64,000 nt of DNA from an uncultured virus (IMG/VR IMGVR_UViG_3300030380_002570) (IMGVR_UViG_3300030380_002570), one strand, 5' to 3'; counted from the first letter of the stretch, positions 7,967 through 16,651 are shown. The notes: a model not told the origin generated them from the sequence alone. Program-made: numbers and translations.

Positions 7967-10394
7967 CCTGCACTAAATCAATGCCAATCTTAAATCCTTC
8001 GATCTGCTGCTGGCTTTCATCTTGAGCCAATTTGACGGCTATTCGCTTGTCTTCGATATCTTTCTGTTGCTCTAGCCGCATACGATCAAGCTCTGCCTTA
8101 ACAGCGGCCTTCTGCTGATCAAGCTCAAGCCTACCCATATCAGCCTGCATTCTACGCTGGGCTTCCATCTCCTTGATCTGCAACTCTTTTTGCTGCATCT
8201 GAAGAATAGGATCTTCTGCTTGTTGCTGCTGTTCCGCAGCTTGGGCTTCTTGCTGATTCTTGCCTTTGAGTTGATCGGCTGCAAGTCCTGCAAGCCTAGA
8301 TATACGGAACTCAATATCCTCAGGCAGCGGCTCTTCTGGCCCCGGTAACTCGAAACCAAGCTCTTTTTCGATCTGTATTCTGTACATGAACGCCAAGTGT
8401 TCTTGTATATGGGCAGCCATCTCTGCCGCAGCCGATTCCGCGTTGGGGCTTTGCGACATAAGCTCCATGACCTTCGGATCTTCCAGCATAGCCTTGTGAG
8501 CCATGATGTGAGACTCGTGATCTTGGTAAACAAACGCCTTAACCGGCTTGCCGTTGATGATATTCATGTTCTCAGTGATCGGATCGACTGGTGTCATGTC
8601 ATCATCGACAGGAACAAGCTTCTCTGCGTCCCGAATGTTCAGTATTTCCAGCATTTGCCGGTGCAATTGCGGCATGTCGTACATCTGAGGCGCTTGTTGT
8701 GCCAGTTGCAACGCTGCTTGGTACTGCATAATGCGTTGAGCCATCGTTCCCGCGTTAGGATCGCTGACTGGAATGATGTCTACCCTTTCATCGAAGTCAG
8801 AAGCCACCAATGGCTCCTTGTTTTCGTCGTATGGGTACGTTTCAGGCCCAAAATCACGCACAACATTTGATAAAAGCCGCAGTTCCGACCTCATAGAGGC
8901 GTGTAACCGCGCTTGAACGGCGCTCATGACCTTCATTGACCGCTCAAGTATGGCTAATGTGGTGCCAACCGGCGCTTCAGCGTTCATATCGGACGCTTTT
9001 ACGTCAGCAGCGGACGCAAAACGCCGTCCTTCTTCCACAATGTCGCCCATAAGCTGGTACAAAACCGTGCTTGGCTCTTTGTAGGGCAAGAAACTGATGT
9101 TTTCGCCTATGCTACCGCCGGGAACGTCCACATCTCGGAACTCTCCGGGCATTATCGGGGTGTCATCACCCTTGATTCGCAGTCCACGAGCCTTCAAACC
9201 ACCCGGAAGGTTCGCCAAAGTGCCTGCATCGACCAGTTGTCGCAACAAAGAGGTGGCAGATTTAGCCAATCCGCCAATCATGTGAAGCAAACCGAAGCCG
9301 TAGAAGCCTAATCCGGGCATGTACTGGTAGTGAACGAAGTGCTGACGAGCCATTTTCTGCTCATCTGACTCGTACCAGTTGCGTCGGATAGACAAAATCG
9401 TGCGAGAAGACAGATCAATAGTCACCACATACGGCAACATGATGCCAGTCTGCTGCCCCTTCACGGTATCTTCAAAGCCGGGAAGGTCTAAATGGACATT
9501 CATCTCCAACAAGACATGGCGATAGTCGAGATCATAGTTGGCAGAGTCGCCAGTAAGCTCGTTGTACTTCTTTTCGATGTCATCGTAGTCTGGAGATGGT
9601 GCCGGTAAGTCTACATCCGAGTAGAATCCGGCGACCTGAAGCTTGCGTACCTCGTTTGCGCTACGGCGCATAACGTGTGTAGCCCTCTCGCAGGTCTGCA
9701 AGTCTGAAGCTCCGTAACTAACAACGAAGTCTTCTGCTGGTACAAACATGCTGCAAGGTCTGCTCATGTTTGGATCGTAATAAATCTTGCGGAACGCAGA
9801 GCCTGCAAGCGGCAAAGAGAACAAAAGCCTCTCTGTCTCAGTGCGATACTCTGTCATTCTTTCGGTCAGCAAGTAATTCAGGTAGTCCTGAACCCTTTGC
9901 GCCTGATCCTGCTTCTCATCAGTGACCACACCAACAACAGAAGTCTTGGCTGGGCCAGCAGCGGGGAACAACTCTTGGATAGACTGTGACTGAAAGCGGA
10001 TAACTGCTTCCGTCAAAAGCGGATGGAACACGCCGCAAGCGCCATCCCAAGGAGTGGTGCGGTCTTCATGCTTGAGTCCTAACAGATCCAAGCCTTCAAT
10101 GTATGTGCGCTCCCAGTCTGAACGGCTTTCTTTGTCAGACTTGTACTGTCCTACTAGGTCAGTAGCAATCCCTTGTAGCTCACCATCGTCGATGTACTCG
10201 GCAAGGTTAGCGTCATGAGGGATCATGCCCGTCAGGGAATCCTGTGCATCAAAGTCGAAGATCATGCCTCCGTCTTCTGTCTCAATAGAAACAGCTTCTG
10301 GGTTGACGATCTCAATCTCTAGGTCAGGCTCACCGTCCTGACCCTGAGAGAACATGCTTTGCTCTGGAGTCGCCAGAGGGCGGTCGATTGCCAT
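7947..10394 (-). CDS. Portal protein (P22-like with C-terminal coiled coil)
   Basis: 815 aa; HP-L-L-x-E-A, G-S-A-F-x-K-x-Y-Y-D, GFYG-x-G motifs; downstream of terL. Confidence 0.9.
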   Translation of the reverse strand: MAIDRPLATPEQSMFSQGQDGEPDLEIEIVNPEAVSIETEDGGMIFDFDAQDSLTGMIPHDANLAEYIDDGELQGIATDLVGQYKSDKESRSDWERTYIEGLDLLGLKHEDRTTPWDGACGVFHPLLTEAVIRFQSQSIQELFPAAGPAKTSVVGVVTDEKQDQAQRVQDYLNYLLTERMTEYRTETERLLFSLPLAGSAFRKIYYDPNMSRPCSMFVPAEDFVVSYGASDLQTCERATHVMRRSANEVRKLQVAGFYSDVDLPAPSPDYDDIEKKYNELTGDSANYDLDYRHVLLEMNVHLDLPGFEDTVKGQQTGIMLPYVVTIDLSSRTILSIRRNWYESDEQKMARQHFVHYQYMPGLGFYGFGLLHMIGGLAKSATSLLRQLVDAGTLANLPGGLKARGLRIKGDDTPIMPGEFRDVDVPGGSIGENISFLPYKEPSTVLYQLMGDIVEEGRRFASAADVKASDMNAEAPVGTTLAILERSMKVMSAVQARLHASMRSELRLLSNVVRDFGPETYPYDENKEPLVASDFDERVDIIPVSDPNAGTMAQRIMQYQAALQLAQQAPQMYDMPQLHRQMLEILNIRDAEKLVPVDDDMTPVDPITENMNIINGKPVKAFVYQDHESHIMAHKAMLEDPKVMELMSQSPNAESAAAEMAAHIQEHLAFMYRIQIEKELGFELPGPEEPLPEDIEFRISRLAGLAADQLKGKNQQEAQAAEQQQQAEDPILQMQQKELQIKEMEAQRRMQADMGRLELDQQKAAVKAELDRMRLEQQKDIEDKRIAVKLAQDESQQQIEGFKIGIDLVQDALDDK

Positions 10395-10769
10395 TTAGCC
10401 GTTCTTGCCAAAGTCTCGTGTACGAGCCTTGCCGTTTCCACGCATAGAGACGTTTCCGCCTTCTTTTTTATTCAGCATGGTAGGGCCGCCATTAGCCATG
10501 AGCTTGGTGCTCATTCGCACCTTACCGCCGCCAGCCATCTTGCCTTTACCGTCAGCAGCGTAGAAGGGAACCATCTGTCCACCCTTCTCGACCATAGGCA
10601 GCTTGCCGCCGCCAGCCATGCCTTTGGTCTTCATCTTGCCGCCGTGAGCCATTCCTTTGGCTTTTACTTTACCGCCGCGAGACATGCCTTTGGCTTTCAT
10701 CTTTCCGCCACCAGCCATACCTTTAGCTTTCATCTTCCCGCCGCCTGCGTAGCCTTTAGTCTTCTTCAT
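10395..10769 (-). CDS. Basic low-complexity repeat protein (KAKGMAGGGKM)n
   Basis: 11-aa tandem repeats; RBS agagga before ATG 10769; homolog at 60492-60743. Confidence 0.7.
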   Translation of the reverse strand: MKKTKGYAGGGKMKAKGMAGGGKMKAKGMSRGGKVKAKGMAHGGKMKTKGMAGGGKLPMVEKGGQMVPFYAADGKGKMAGGGKVRMSTKLMANGGPTMLNKKEGGNVSMRGNGKARTRDFGKNG

Positions 10770-11445
10770 GGTCATCCTCTGAATAAAGATTATCAAATAC
10801 TTGATTTACATCTAACGTGTAATCCAAGTCCGACTTACTGTAGTGGATATGCTGCGATGGCCTAAAGTCTGGAGCACCCTCCCCAGTCTCAAACCATGCT
10901 GGATGAGTCACTCTAACCCGATTGTTTGGTAAAGCAACGATATTTCCAGTCCACTTCCCAGCATCCAAAAGCTCCATTACATGGCTTTGCTTATGCTGCG
11001 CTGGGTCATCCGCTATCTCGTTATCCGTGTAGTCCACGGTAAACAAGTACTTTGCTGGGTACATCTCGCCGTCGATCTTAGCAAGCCACGGACATGGCGT
11101 ACAACGATCCAAGACATACACAGAATGATTCCTAGAACTGCAATCCCACGGCTGGGCAGCCCATGTCGGCATGGGTTCAGGCCACTCCTCTAGGGGGGTG
11201 TCTCCTACTAACGCAGTCAAAGGCATACGTGCCCACATCGCGCCACCGTGAACGTTAGGCTCGTCGGTGTCGTATGTCTCTGCGCCGGTAAAGATCACCT
11301 GAAAGCTCAAGCTCCTGCATGGCATAGTCGTTACAGCTATCGCCATCGCATGAATAAACTCGCCGTGATACTGCTGGTGATTGTATGTGTACTCGCGTCG
11401 TACCCAGCATTTGAAATACGGGATGTTGCTTTGGAGATATGCCAT
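10756..11445 (-). CDS. Conserved phage protein (MAYLQSNIP...ALPNNRV)
   Basis: Highly similar homolog at 59811-60488 fixes the start at 11445. Confidence 0.8.
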   Translation of the reverse strand: MAYLQSNIPYFKCWVRREYTYNHQQYHGEFIHAMAIAVTTMPCRSLSFQVIFTGAETYDTDEPNVHGGAMWARMPLTALVGDTPLEEWPEPMPTWAAQPWDCSSRNHSVYVLDRCTPCPWLAKIDGEMYPAKYLFTVDYTDNEIADDPAQHKQSHVMELLDAGKWTGNIVALPNNRVRVTHPAWFETGEGAPDFRPSQHIHYSKSDLDYTLDVNQVFDNLYSEDDHEED

Positions 11446-12161
11446 TACGCAGACTCCCCATAAAAGCGTTCCTCCCACTTCTTGTGCCTACGGATAGGCT
11501 CCTTGAAGTAAGGCAGGAATCTAGCGATGTACAAAACAAATCGGTTAACAAGTCTCAACGGCATAGGTAGTGGTCTCAGGTAATCCAGAAACAACACTAT
11601 ACGATATCCGTTGGTCATGTTCACGGCAAAATGCTCGTATGTGTCATCAAACACTACGGCCTTGCCTTCTTCCCACCGATACTCTTGCTTATCGACCACA
11701 AGGACACATCCCTTCCCGTCGGTTGGAACCTGTATCCCCATGTGAATTCTTAGAACGCCGCACCACGGCCCGTTGTGTGGCATCAGCATTTTGTTTGGCC
11801 CGATTACAGAAAAGTAGGCAGATACCAAATTCTTATCTGAATCTAGGATTTTCATGGTCTCTGGGAACTCTTGGCAGTTCCTCTCGAACCGCACGTTCCC
11901 TGCCTTGAGGAAAAACATCTTCCACTTGTCATCGTTTGAAATGAACGTCTGATCCGGGCTGATCTCTTGGAACGGTGCGAACTCATGCAGTCGTACTTGC
12001 ATCTGCTCGAACTCAGCCTTTATCACATCGTAGTTCTTTTCAAGAACGTCAGTGAAAGGAAAGTCTTTGTTCTCAAAGAATACCTTGTCACCAAAGGTGG
12101 AATACCTTCGGAAGAACGGCTTCAACACCGTATCTATGACGTACCCTTTGACTTCAATCAA
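11445..12161 (-). CDS. Aspartyl/asparaginyl beta-hydroxylase family (AspH/LpxO-like) 2OG-Fe(II) dioxygenase
   Basis: PH-x-G, LRIHMG, W-x-EG...FDDTYEH, RIVLFLD motifs. Confidence 0.85.
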   Translation of the reverse strand: MIEVKGYVIDTVLKPFFRRYSTFGDKVFFENKDFPFTDVLEKNYDVIKAEFEQMQVRLHEFAPFQEISPDQTFISNDDKWKMFFLKAGNVRFERNCQEFPETMKILDSDKNLVSAYFSVIGPNKMLMPHNGPWCGVLRIHMGIQVPTDGKGCVLVVDKQEYRWEEGKAVVFDDTYEHFAVNMTNGYRIVLFLDYLRPLPMPLRLVNRFVLYIARFLPYFKEPIRRHKKWEERFYGESA

Positions 12162-13663
12162 TAGTACGAAGCCCTTCTGGGGTAGTGAGGCTCGTCTTCC
12201 TCATCGGAGTTTAGCCTCAGGAACCCGCCTTGGCGGAACCTAAGCAGTGCCTGTGTCGATGAGTCCACAAGGTCATCGTGGTCGCCAGCCGGGAAAGCAG
12301 CGAACTCTTCGATCACTTCCTCGGCAAACCTCGTTCCCGGTGCCCATACAATGCCAGATGCAAACAGGTCTGAGACCGCATTCACACGACTGATCTTGTC
12401 GTTACCTCTGGACGGGGTGTACTCCGCGACTGGGATGCCCATCGCTCGTAGCTCAAAGATCAGCGGTGTTCCCGCTGCTTTAGCCTCCACGATAGTGGCA
12501 TCAGGTTGCCAGTCGTTATAGAACTCCATTGCCGCTTTCTTCAGTTCTGGGAACTCAAGACGCTCTTTGTGGGCATCCAGCAGTATGATATTCGGCTGGG
12601 TGACGCCATCATCGTCGGGCTTGTAGAAAACGCCCCACGTAGTGCAAGCGGAGAAGTCGGAACGCTGCGTCTTCAAGAACGCCGTATCCCACGACTGAAT
12701 TATAAATTCACACGGCGGAGGACGATCACTCTCCCATCTTTGCCACCAATCCCTCTTGACCAGCGCCCCTTCCTCTGAGGTGGGGTTCTGCTGGTACTGG
12801 GCATTCCATTTGGGTGCCGGCAGTTCGTTCTGTAGGGAGGTTAGTTCCTCCAAAGACCAGAACTCAGGCCATAGCGCCTTGCCGGATGGCATGATCGCTG
12901 GGAACTCAATCACCTCCCATTCATCGGTGCCTGCCCGTTGAACGGATGATTTGATGATCTGTCCCGTCAAATCTCGTTTGTGCCATCGGGTCATAACCAC
13001 AATGATGGCTCCTCCCGGCTGCAAACGCTGTCGAGGCCCGGAGGTATACCACTCGTATACACGGTCAAACACGCCGGGATCTGCACTCTGACCTTCTTGC
13101 TCAGAATGCGGGTCATCAATGATCAGCAGATCGGCACCTTTACCAGTGACCGCACCACCAACACCGATAGCGAAGTATTCGCCGTTCTTACTGGTACTCC
13201 ATCGACCAGCAGCCTTTGAGTCAGATCGCAAGCCTAAGTCGGGGAACACGGTCTTGTAGTCCTCTGCATCGACAAGGTTACGAACCTTACGACCAAAACC
13301 TACAGACAACTCGGCGGTATGCGCCGTCTGGATAATTTTCTTTTCGGGGTATTTGCCAAGGAACCATGCTGGCAGGAGATACGAAGCAAACTCGGACTTC
13401 GTGTGTCTGGGCGGCATGTTGATGATTAGCCGCTTTAATTCCCCTCTAGCTACACGCTCGAAAGCATCAGCCATTATCTTGTGGTGCCGTCCTTCGATAA
13501 AGGCAGGCCACACATAATTCACAAACCCCATGAACTCTTCACGGGCACGTTCTTTCTTCTCTGTTTCTTCTAAGGCTTCAAGAAGCTCTAGGATCTCTTT
13601 CTGCTCTTCTATCGGAAGATCAGTCACTCCTTTGAGCAAATCTTTGTCGATTCTTTTTGACAT
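12158..13663 (-). CDS. terL: Terminase large subunit
   Basis: MPPRHTKS Walker A-like, IIDDP Walker B, SWDTA and HDDLVD nuclease motifs. Confidence 0.95.
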   Translation of the reverse strand: MSKRIDKDLLKGVTDLPIEEQKEILELLEALEETEKKERAREEFMGFVNYVWPAFIEGRHHKIMADAFERVARGELKRLIINMPPRHTKSEFASYLLPAWFLGKYPEKKIIQTAHTAELSVGFGRKVRNLVDAEDYKTVFPDLGLRSDSKAAGRWSTSKNGEYFAIGVGGAVTGKGADLLIIDDPHSEQEGQSADPGVFDRVYEWYTSGPRQRLQPGGAIIVVMTRWHKRDLTGQIIKSSVQRAGTDEWEVIEFPAIMPSGKALWPEFWSLEELTSLQNELPAPKWNAQYQQNPTSEEGALVKRDWWQRWESDRPPPCEFIIQSWDTAFLKTQRSDFSACTTWGVFYKPDDDGVTQPNIILLDAHKERLEFPELKKAAMEFYNDWQPDATIVEAKAAGTPLIFELRAMGIPVAEYTPSRGNDKISRVNAVSDLFASGIVWAPGTRFAEEVIEEFAAFPAGDHDDLVDSSTQALLRFRQGGFLRLNSDEEDEPHYPRRASYY

Positions 13664-13672
13664 GTAAGTCCA

Positions 13673-13786
13673 TAGAACGTTCTACAGATAGAACGTTCTG
13701 CTGTAGAACGTTAATTAAGAACGATAATCTAAAGCCCCGTAGCACCCCGGAGGGGCGTATGAACGTTCAACCTGTAGAACGTTCTA
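13673..13786. repeat. Array of palindromic AGAACGTTCT sites upstream of terL
   Basis: TAGAACGTTCTA at 13673 and 13775; variants at 13689, 13704, 13717 and 13760. Confidence 0.85.
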
Positions 13787-13800
13787 TGTCACCTTTGGTG

Positions 13801-13827
13801 ATTCTAGCAGACTGAAGACCTTGACAA
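13801..13827 (-). promoter_or_regulatory. Putative sigma70-type promoter for the terL operon
   Basis: TTGTCA-15 nt-TAGAAT with extended -10 TG on the minus strand. Confidence 0.4.
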
Positions 13828-14139
13828 AGAAAGTCAACAAAAAAGTACGCCAATTTTTTTAGAAATTTTTTTTGGCTCTGGGACTCCTAGCCTTTGTGCC
13901 ATACAAAAAAAGGGGTTCTTCGTTGTGCGTTATGCTATCTGTCAGAAAAAAGGGGTAATCGTTTGAGCGTTTCACTATGTATATATGGTGACGCGCTCGC
14001 ACGCATTAGGGGGGGTGGGGGTGTGCGTGATTTGCGCGATCCTCTCAAAAAAAGACCCCTCATTCTAACCGTTGTGATTCGTTGCGCGTCTTATTCTAAC
14101 AGTCATCATTCGTTGTGCGTCTTACGTTAACCGTTAGAT

Positions 14140-14589
14140 TTAGTGGAGCGGTGATTCGTCTGCCGCTGATGCTAATCGTTTCTCTATCTCGGCGGCTATT
14201 TCATCCGGTGATCGCTCGACCTTCTCGACAACCTGCTTATCGCTGAACAATGCAACCGTCCGGCCCAGCAGTTGAGCCGCAGCCAATTGAGCATTAGTAG
14301 GTTCATCACCTGTCGTTGGATCGATGCCGTCCTCCACCCATCGCCGCAGCTTACCCACGACCAATTCTCTGTCCGAGACCGCCTTTCGCTGAATCGCCCG
14401 CTCCTTTAGCCCAATCAGTACATCCACCCTTGCGGTAATCTTGGGGTCTTTCATCAGCCGCGACCCCTCACTATGTACTGTCGAATCCTTACCGTTGCTG
14501 TTGAACGCCTCACGGTAAGCGTCCGCCTGACTGCTACCCCCAGCAACCAGTTGAGCAAACCGTTCCTGTTTCGGTGTGAGCTTATCCAT
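14140..14589 (-). CDS. terS: Terminase small subunit
   Basis: LTPKQERFA...ADAYREA...SRLMKDPKI HTH pattern typical of TerS; upstream of terL. Confidence 0.8.
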   Translation of the reverse strand: MDKLTPKQERFAQLVAGGSSQADAYREAFNSNGKDSTVHSEGSRLMKDPKITARVDVLIGLKERAIQRKAVSDRELVVGKLRRWVEDGIDPTTGDEPTNAQLAAAQLLGRTVALFSDKQVVEKVERSPDEIAAEIEKRLASAADESPLH

Positions 14590-14720
14590 TGACCCCCCTT
14601 TTCGAGCACTTACCCTTGCCGCATCGCATCGCTTTTTTCCCTATTTGAATTTATCTCGACCCGATGACCCCCCTTTTTCAGGGGTAAACCGTGCCGCATC
14701 GCATCACCTTCCCCCTACTT
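14590..14720. repeat. Imperfect direct repeat, 75-bp period
   Basis: TGACCCCCCTTTT at 14590 and 14665; TGCCGCATCGCATC at 14617 and 14692. Confidence 0.75.
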
Positions 14721-14882
14721 TTGCCCTGTTTCGGGATCGGTTTTGTTTGCCTATATAGTGGCTGTCATTCTATCCGCCCCACGTCACCCCACCAGCCCAT
14801 GACCTACGACCCCCGACCTATGACCAACAGGAATATAACCCTAGCGCACAATTCATTGTTCGTTGGTCGTGATATGTGATTT

Positions 14883-14888
14883 TATAAT
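14883..14888 (+). promoter_or_regulatory. Putative -10 box of the early promoter
   Basis: Perfect TATAAT just before the structured region and the plus-strand operon; no well-spaced consensus -35. Confidence 0.45.
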
Positions 14889-14894
14889 GACCAA

Positions 14895-15295
14895 CGGCGA
14901 CGGGGAGCCGACTCAATCCCGCCCAGCCCCTCACGGGGTGCCTTGAAAGACAGGCTTAAATGAGAGACTACCAGCCGGTCAAAGGTGCTGAGAGCAGGAT
15001 AGGCGAAGTGCTATGCAGATCGTCCCGCAACGGGCATATCGATAGCGAGTTTTTGAGGTCAACTACGAACGGAACGAGGCCAACAATACTAACGAGACCT
15101 GCAACCCCTCACGGGGTTAGAACTAAACTGGTGGTGAAGGCTAGGGTTGAGTGGGAATGAGTGATGCAGATCGAACCGCAACGGGCATATCGGTCACGAC
15201 TTCCCAGCCCGACACCCTGACACCAGCCAACATTCTAGACGTGAGACTTACCAGAGCGCACTGGCAATCGGGCTAGTGCTTTCGAGTAAGTCACA
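14895..15295 (+). ncRNA. Candidate large structured ncRNA (~400 nt) with duplicated modules
   Basis: Nested helices found by eye; GCAGATCG-NN-CCGCAACGGGCATATCG twice; CCCC-TCAC-GGGG hairpin twice; no convincing ORF. Confidence 0.65.
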
Positions 15296-15310
15296 ACCGG
15301 AGAACGTGCT

Positions 15311-15367
15311 ATGGACAATCAAGATCACAAGGATTTTGAGGAATTCATGCGAGAGCAAAACCTTTAA
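15311..15367 (+). CDS. Putative 18-aa peptide MDNQDHKDFEEFMREQNL
   Basis: GGAGAACGTGCT-ATG initiation context nearly identical to that of ardC. Confidence 0.35.
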   Translation: MDNQDHKDFEEFMREQNL

Positions 15368-15397
15368 CCCAACCCCCACGCAAACAGGAGAAAACCA

Positions 15398-15607
15398 ATG
15401 CGTAACTTTTACAACCATACCCCGCTGGAGCAGGCCCGAATGGACGTGCTGCAAGCGATCTCAAACATGGCAAAGGATTACATGTCCCACAACCCTCATG
15501 CCGAGACCGAGGGCTTCAACACTTACAAGCGCAAGCACCTTGCGAAGATGTATTACAAGCTCGCGGAACAGTGGGATCTCGATACCGCTGCCATCTTGGA
15601 AATATAG
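15398..15607 (+). CDS. Hypothetical early protein (69 aa)
   Basis: RBS aggaga; stop codon abuts the hammerhead. Confidence 0.7.
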   Translation: MRNFYNHTPLEQARMDVLQAISNMAKDYMSHNPHAETEGFNTYKRKHLAKMYYKLAEQWDLDTAAILEI

Positions 15608-15669
15608 TCGAAACCGCCTCTGGCGGTCTGCATCGATTGGCCCCGATGCACTGATGATGACAGGCCCAA
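15607..15669 (+). ncRNA. Hammerhead ribozyme, type II
   Basis: gtc-GAA-stem III accgcc/ggcggt-C(15628)-stem I tgcatcg/cgatgca-CTGATGA-t-gac; loop I ttggcc can pair with downstream ggcccaa. Confidence 0.85.
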
Positions 15670-15692
15670 CTTAAACTTTAGGAGAACGTGCA

Positions 15693-16631
15693 ATGCGCGA
15701 TGTATATCAAGAAATCACCGACCGAATCGTGGCTCAGATGGAGTCTGGCGACAGCAACTGGATCAACCCGATGGCAGGCTCTGGCCTTGGCGGAGGCTGG
15801 CCTATGAACGCCACCACCGGCAAACGATACAACGGTATCAACGTGATGCTGCTGATGGGCCTGACGGTATTCAACGGCAAGGAACATGTACCCGCCGCCA
15901 GTCAGCAGTGGGCGACATTCAAGCAGTGGAAGGCCAAGGGCTGCACAGTCGTGAGCGGCAAGGGCAGCGGCAACATGATCGTCTTTTTCGAGAAGCTGGA
16001 GGTGAAGGATCGCAAAGACCCTACCGGCGAAACCAAGATACATATCCCATATTTCAAGGCGTCCTCCGTGTTCTCTGCCGAGCAGGTCGAGGGCGAGTAT
16101 GCCGAGCAGTTCAAGGTCGAGCGTGAGCCGCTGACTGAGGTCGAGCAGATCGCAGCCGTCAACGACTGGGTGACAAGCTACGTCAACGGTACTGATCTCA
16201 CGATCAACTACAACGAGACAGGCCGTGCGTTTTACCGTCCCAGCACCGACTCGATCCACATGCCACCCGCTGATGGATTCGAGGCCACCGCAACGTCAAC
16301 CGCTACCGAGTGTTTCCACTCAACCCAGCTTCACGAGTTGACTCACGCCACTGGTAACAAGGCTCGTCTGAACCGGCTCGACATCAAGAACAACGACGGC
16401 TACGCCTTCGAGGAATTGGTTGCCGAGTTGGGCGCTGCGTTCCAATGCCTGATGCTGGGCGTCAGCGCCGAGCCACGCGAGGATCACGCTAAGTACCTCA
16501 ACAATTGGATCGCCGCGCTGAAGAATGACAAGCGCCTGATCTACCGAGCCGCCAAGCTTGCACAGAAGGCTGTCGATCACATCGCGGAGCACCAACCCTC
16601 CGCTGAACAATCAACTGAAGAGGCCGCCTAG
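15693..16631 (+). CDS. ardC: ArdC-like ssDNA-binding antirestriction protein with zincin-like metallopeptidase domain
   Basis: YQEITD-x-I, NATTGKRYNGIN, WATFKQW, AFY-x-P-x-x-D-x-I, HELTH-x-TG, YAFEELVAELGA. Confidence 0.9.
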   Translation: MRDVYQEITDRIVAQMESGDSNWINPMAGSGLGGGWPMNATTGKRYNGINVMLLMGLTVFNGKEHVPAASQQWATFKQWKAKGCTVVSGKGSGNMIVFFEKLEVKDRKDPTGETKIHIPYFKASSVFSAEQVEGEYAEQFKVEREPLTEVEQIAAVNDWVTSYVNGTDLTINYNETGRAFYRPSTDSIHMPPADGFEATATSTATECFHSTQLHELTHATGNKARLNRLDIKNNDGYAFEELVAELGAAFQCLMLGVSAEPREDHAKYLNNWIAALKNDKRLIYRAAKLAQKAVDHIAEHQPSAEQSTEEAA

Positions 16632-16651
16632 TGCGGCCCGAGGGCATCAAA

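Noticed and set aside
14960..15160. 66-aa ORF inside the structured region
   Set aside because: No clear RBS and not protein-like; base-pairing explains the sequence better.
14921..15200. CRISPR array from the duplicated motifs
   Set aside because: Only two copies of each motif, 151-178 nt apart, embedded in helices; no cas operon.
16614..16645. Possible third hammerhead (CTGAAGA followed by ggccgc/gcggcc stem)
   Set aside because: The stem is followed by CGAGGG instead of GAAA, and no stem I/III with an NUH triplet could be built.
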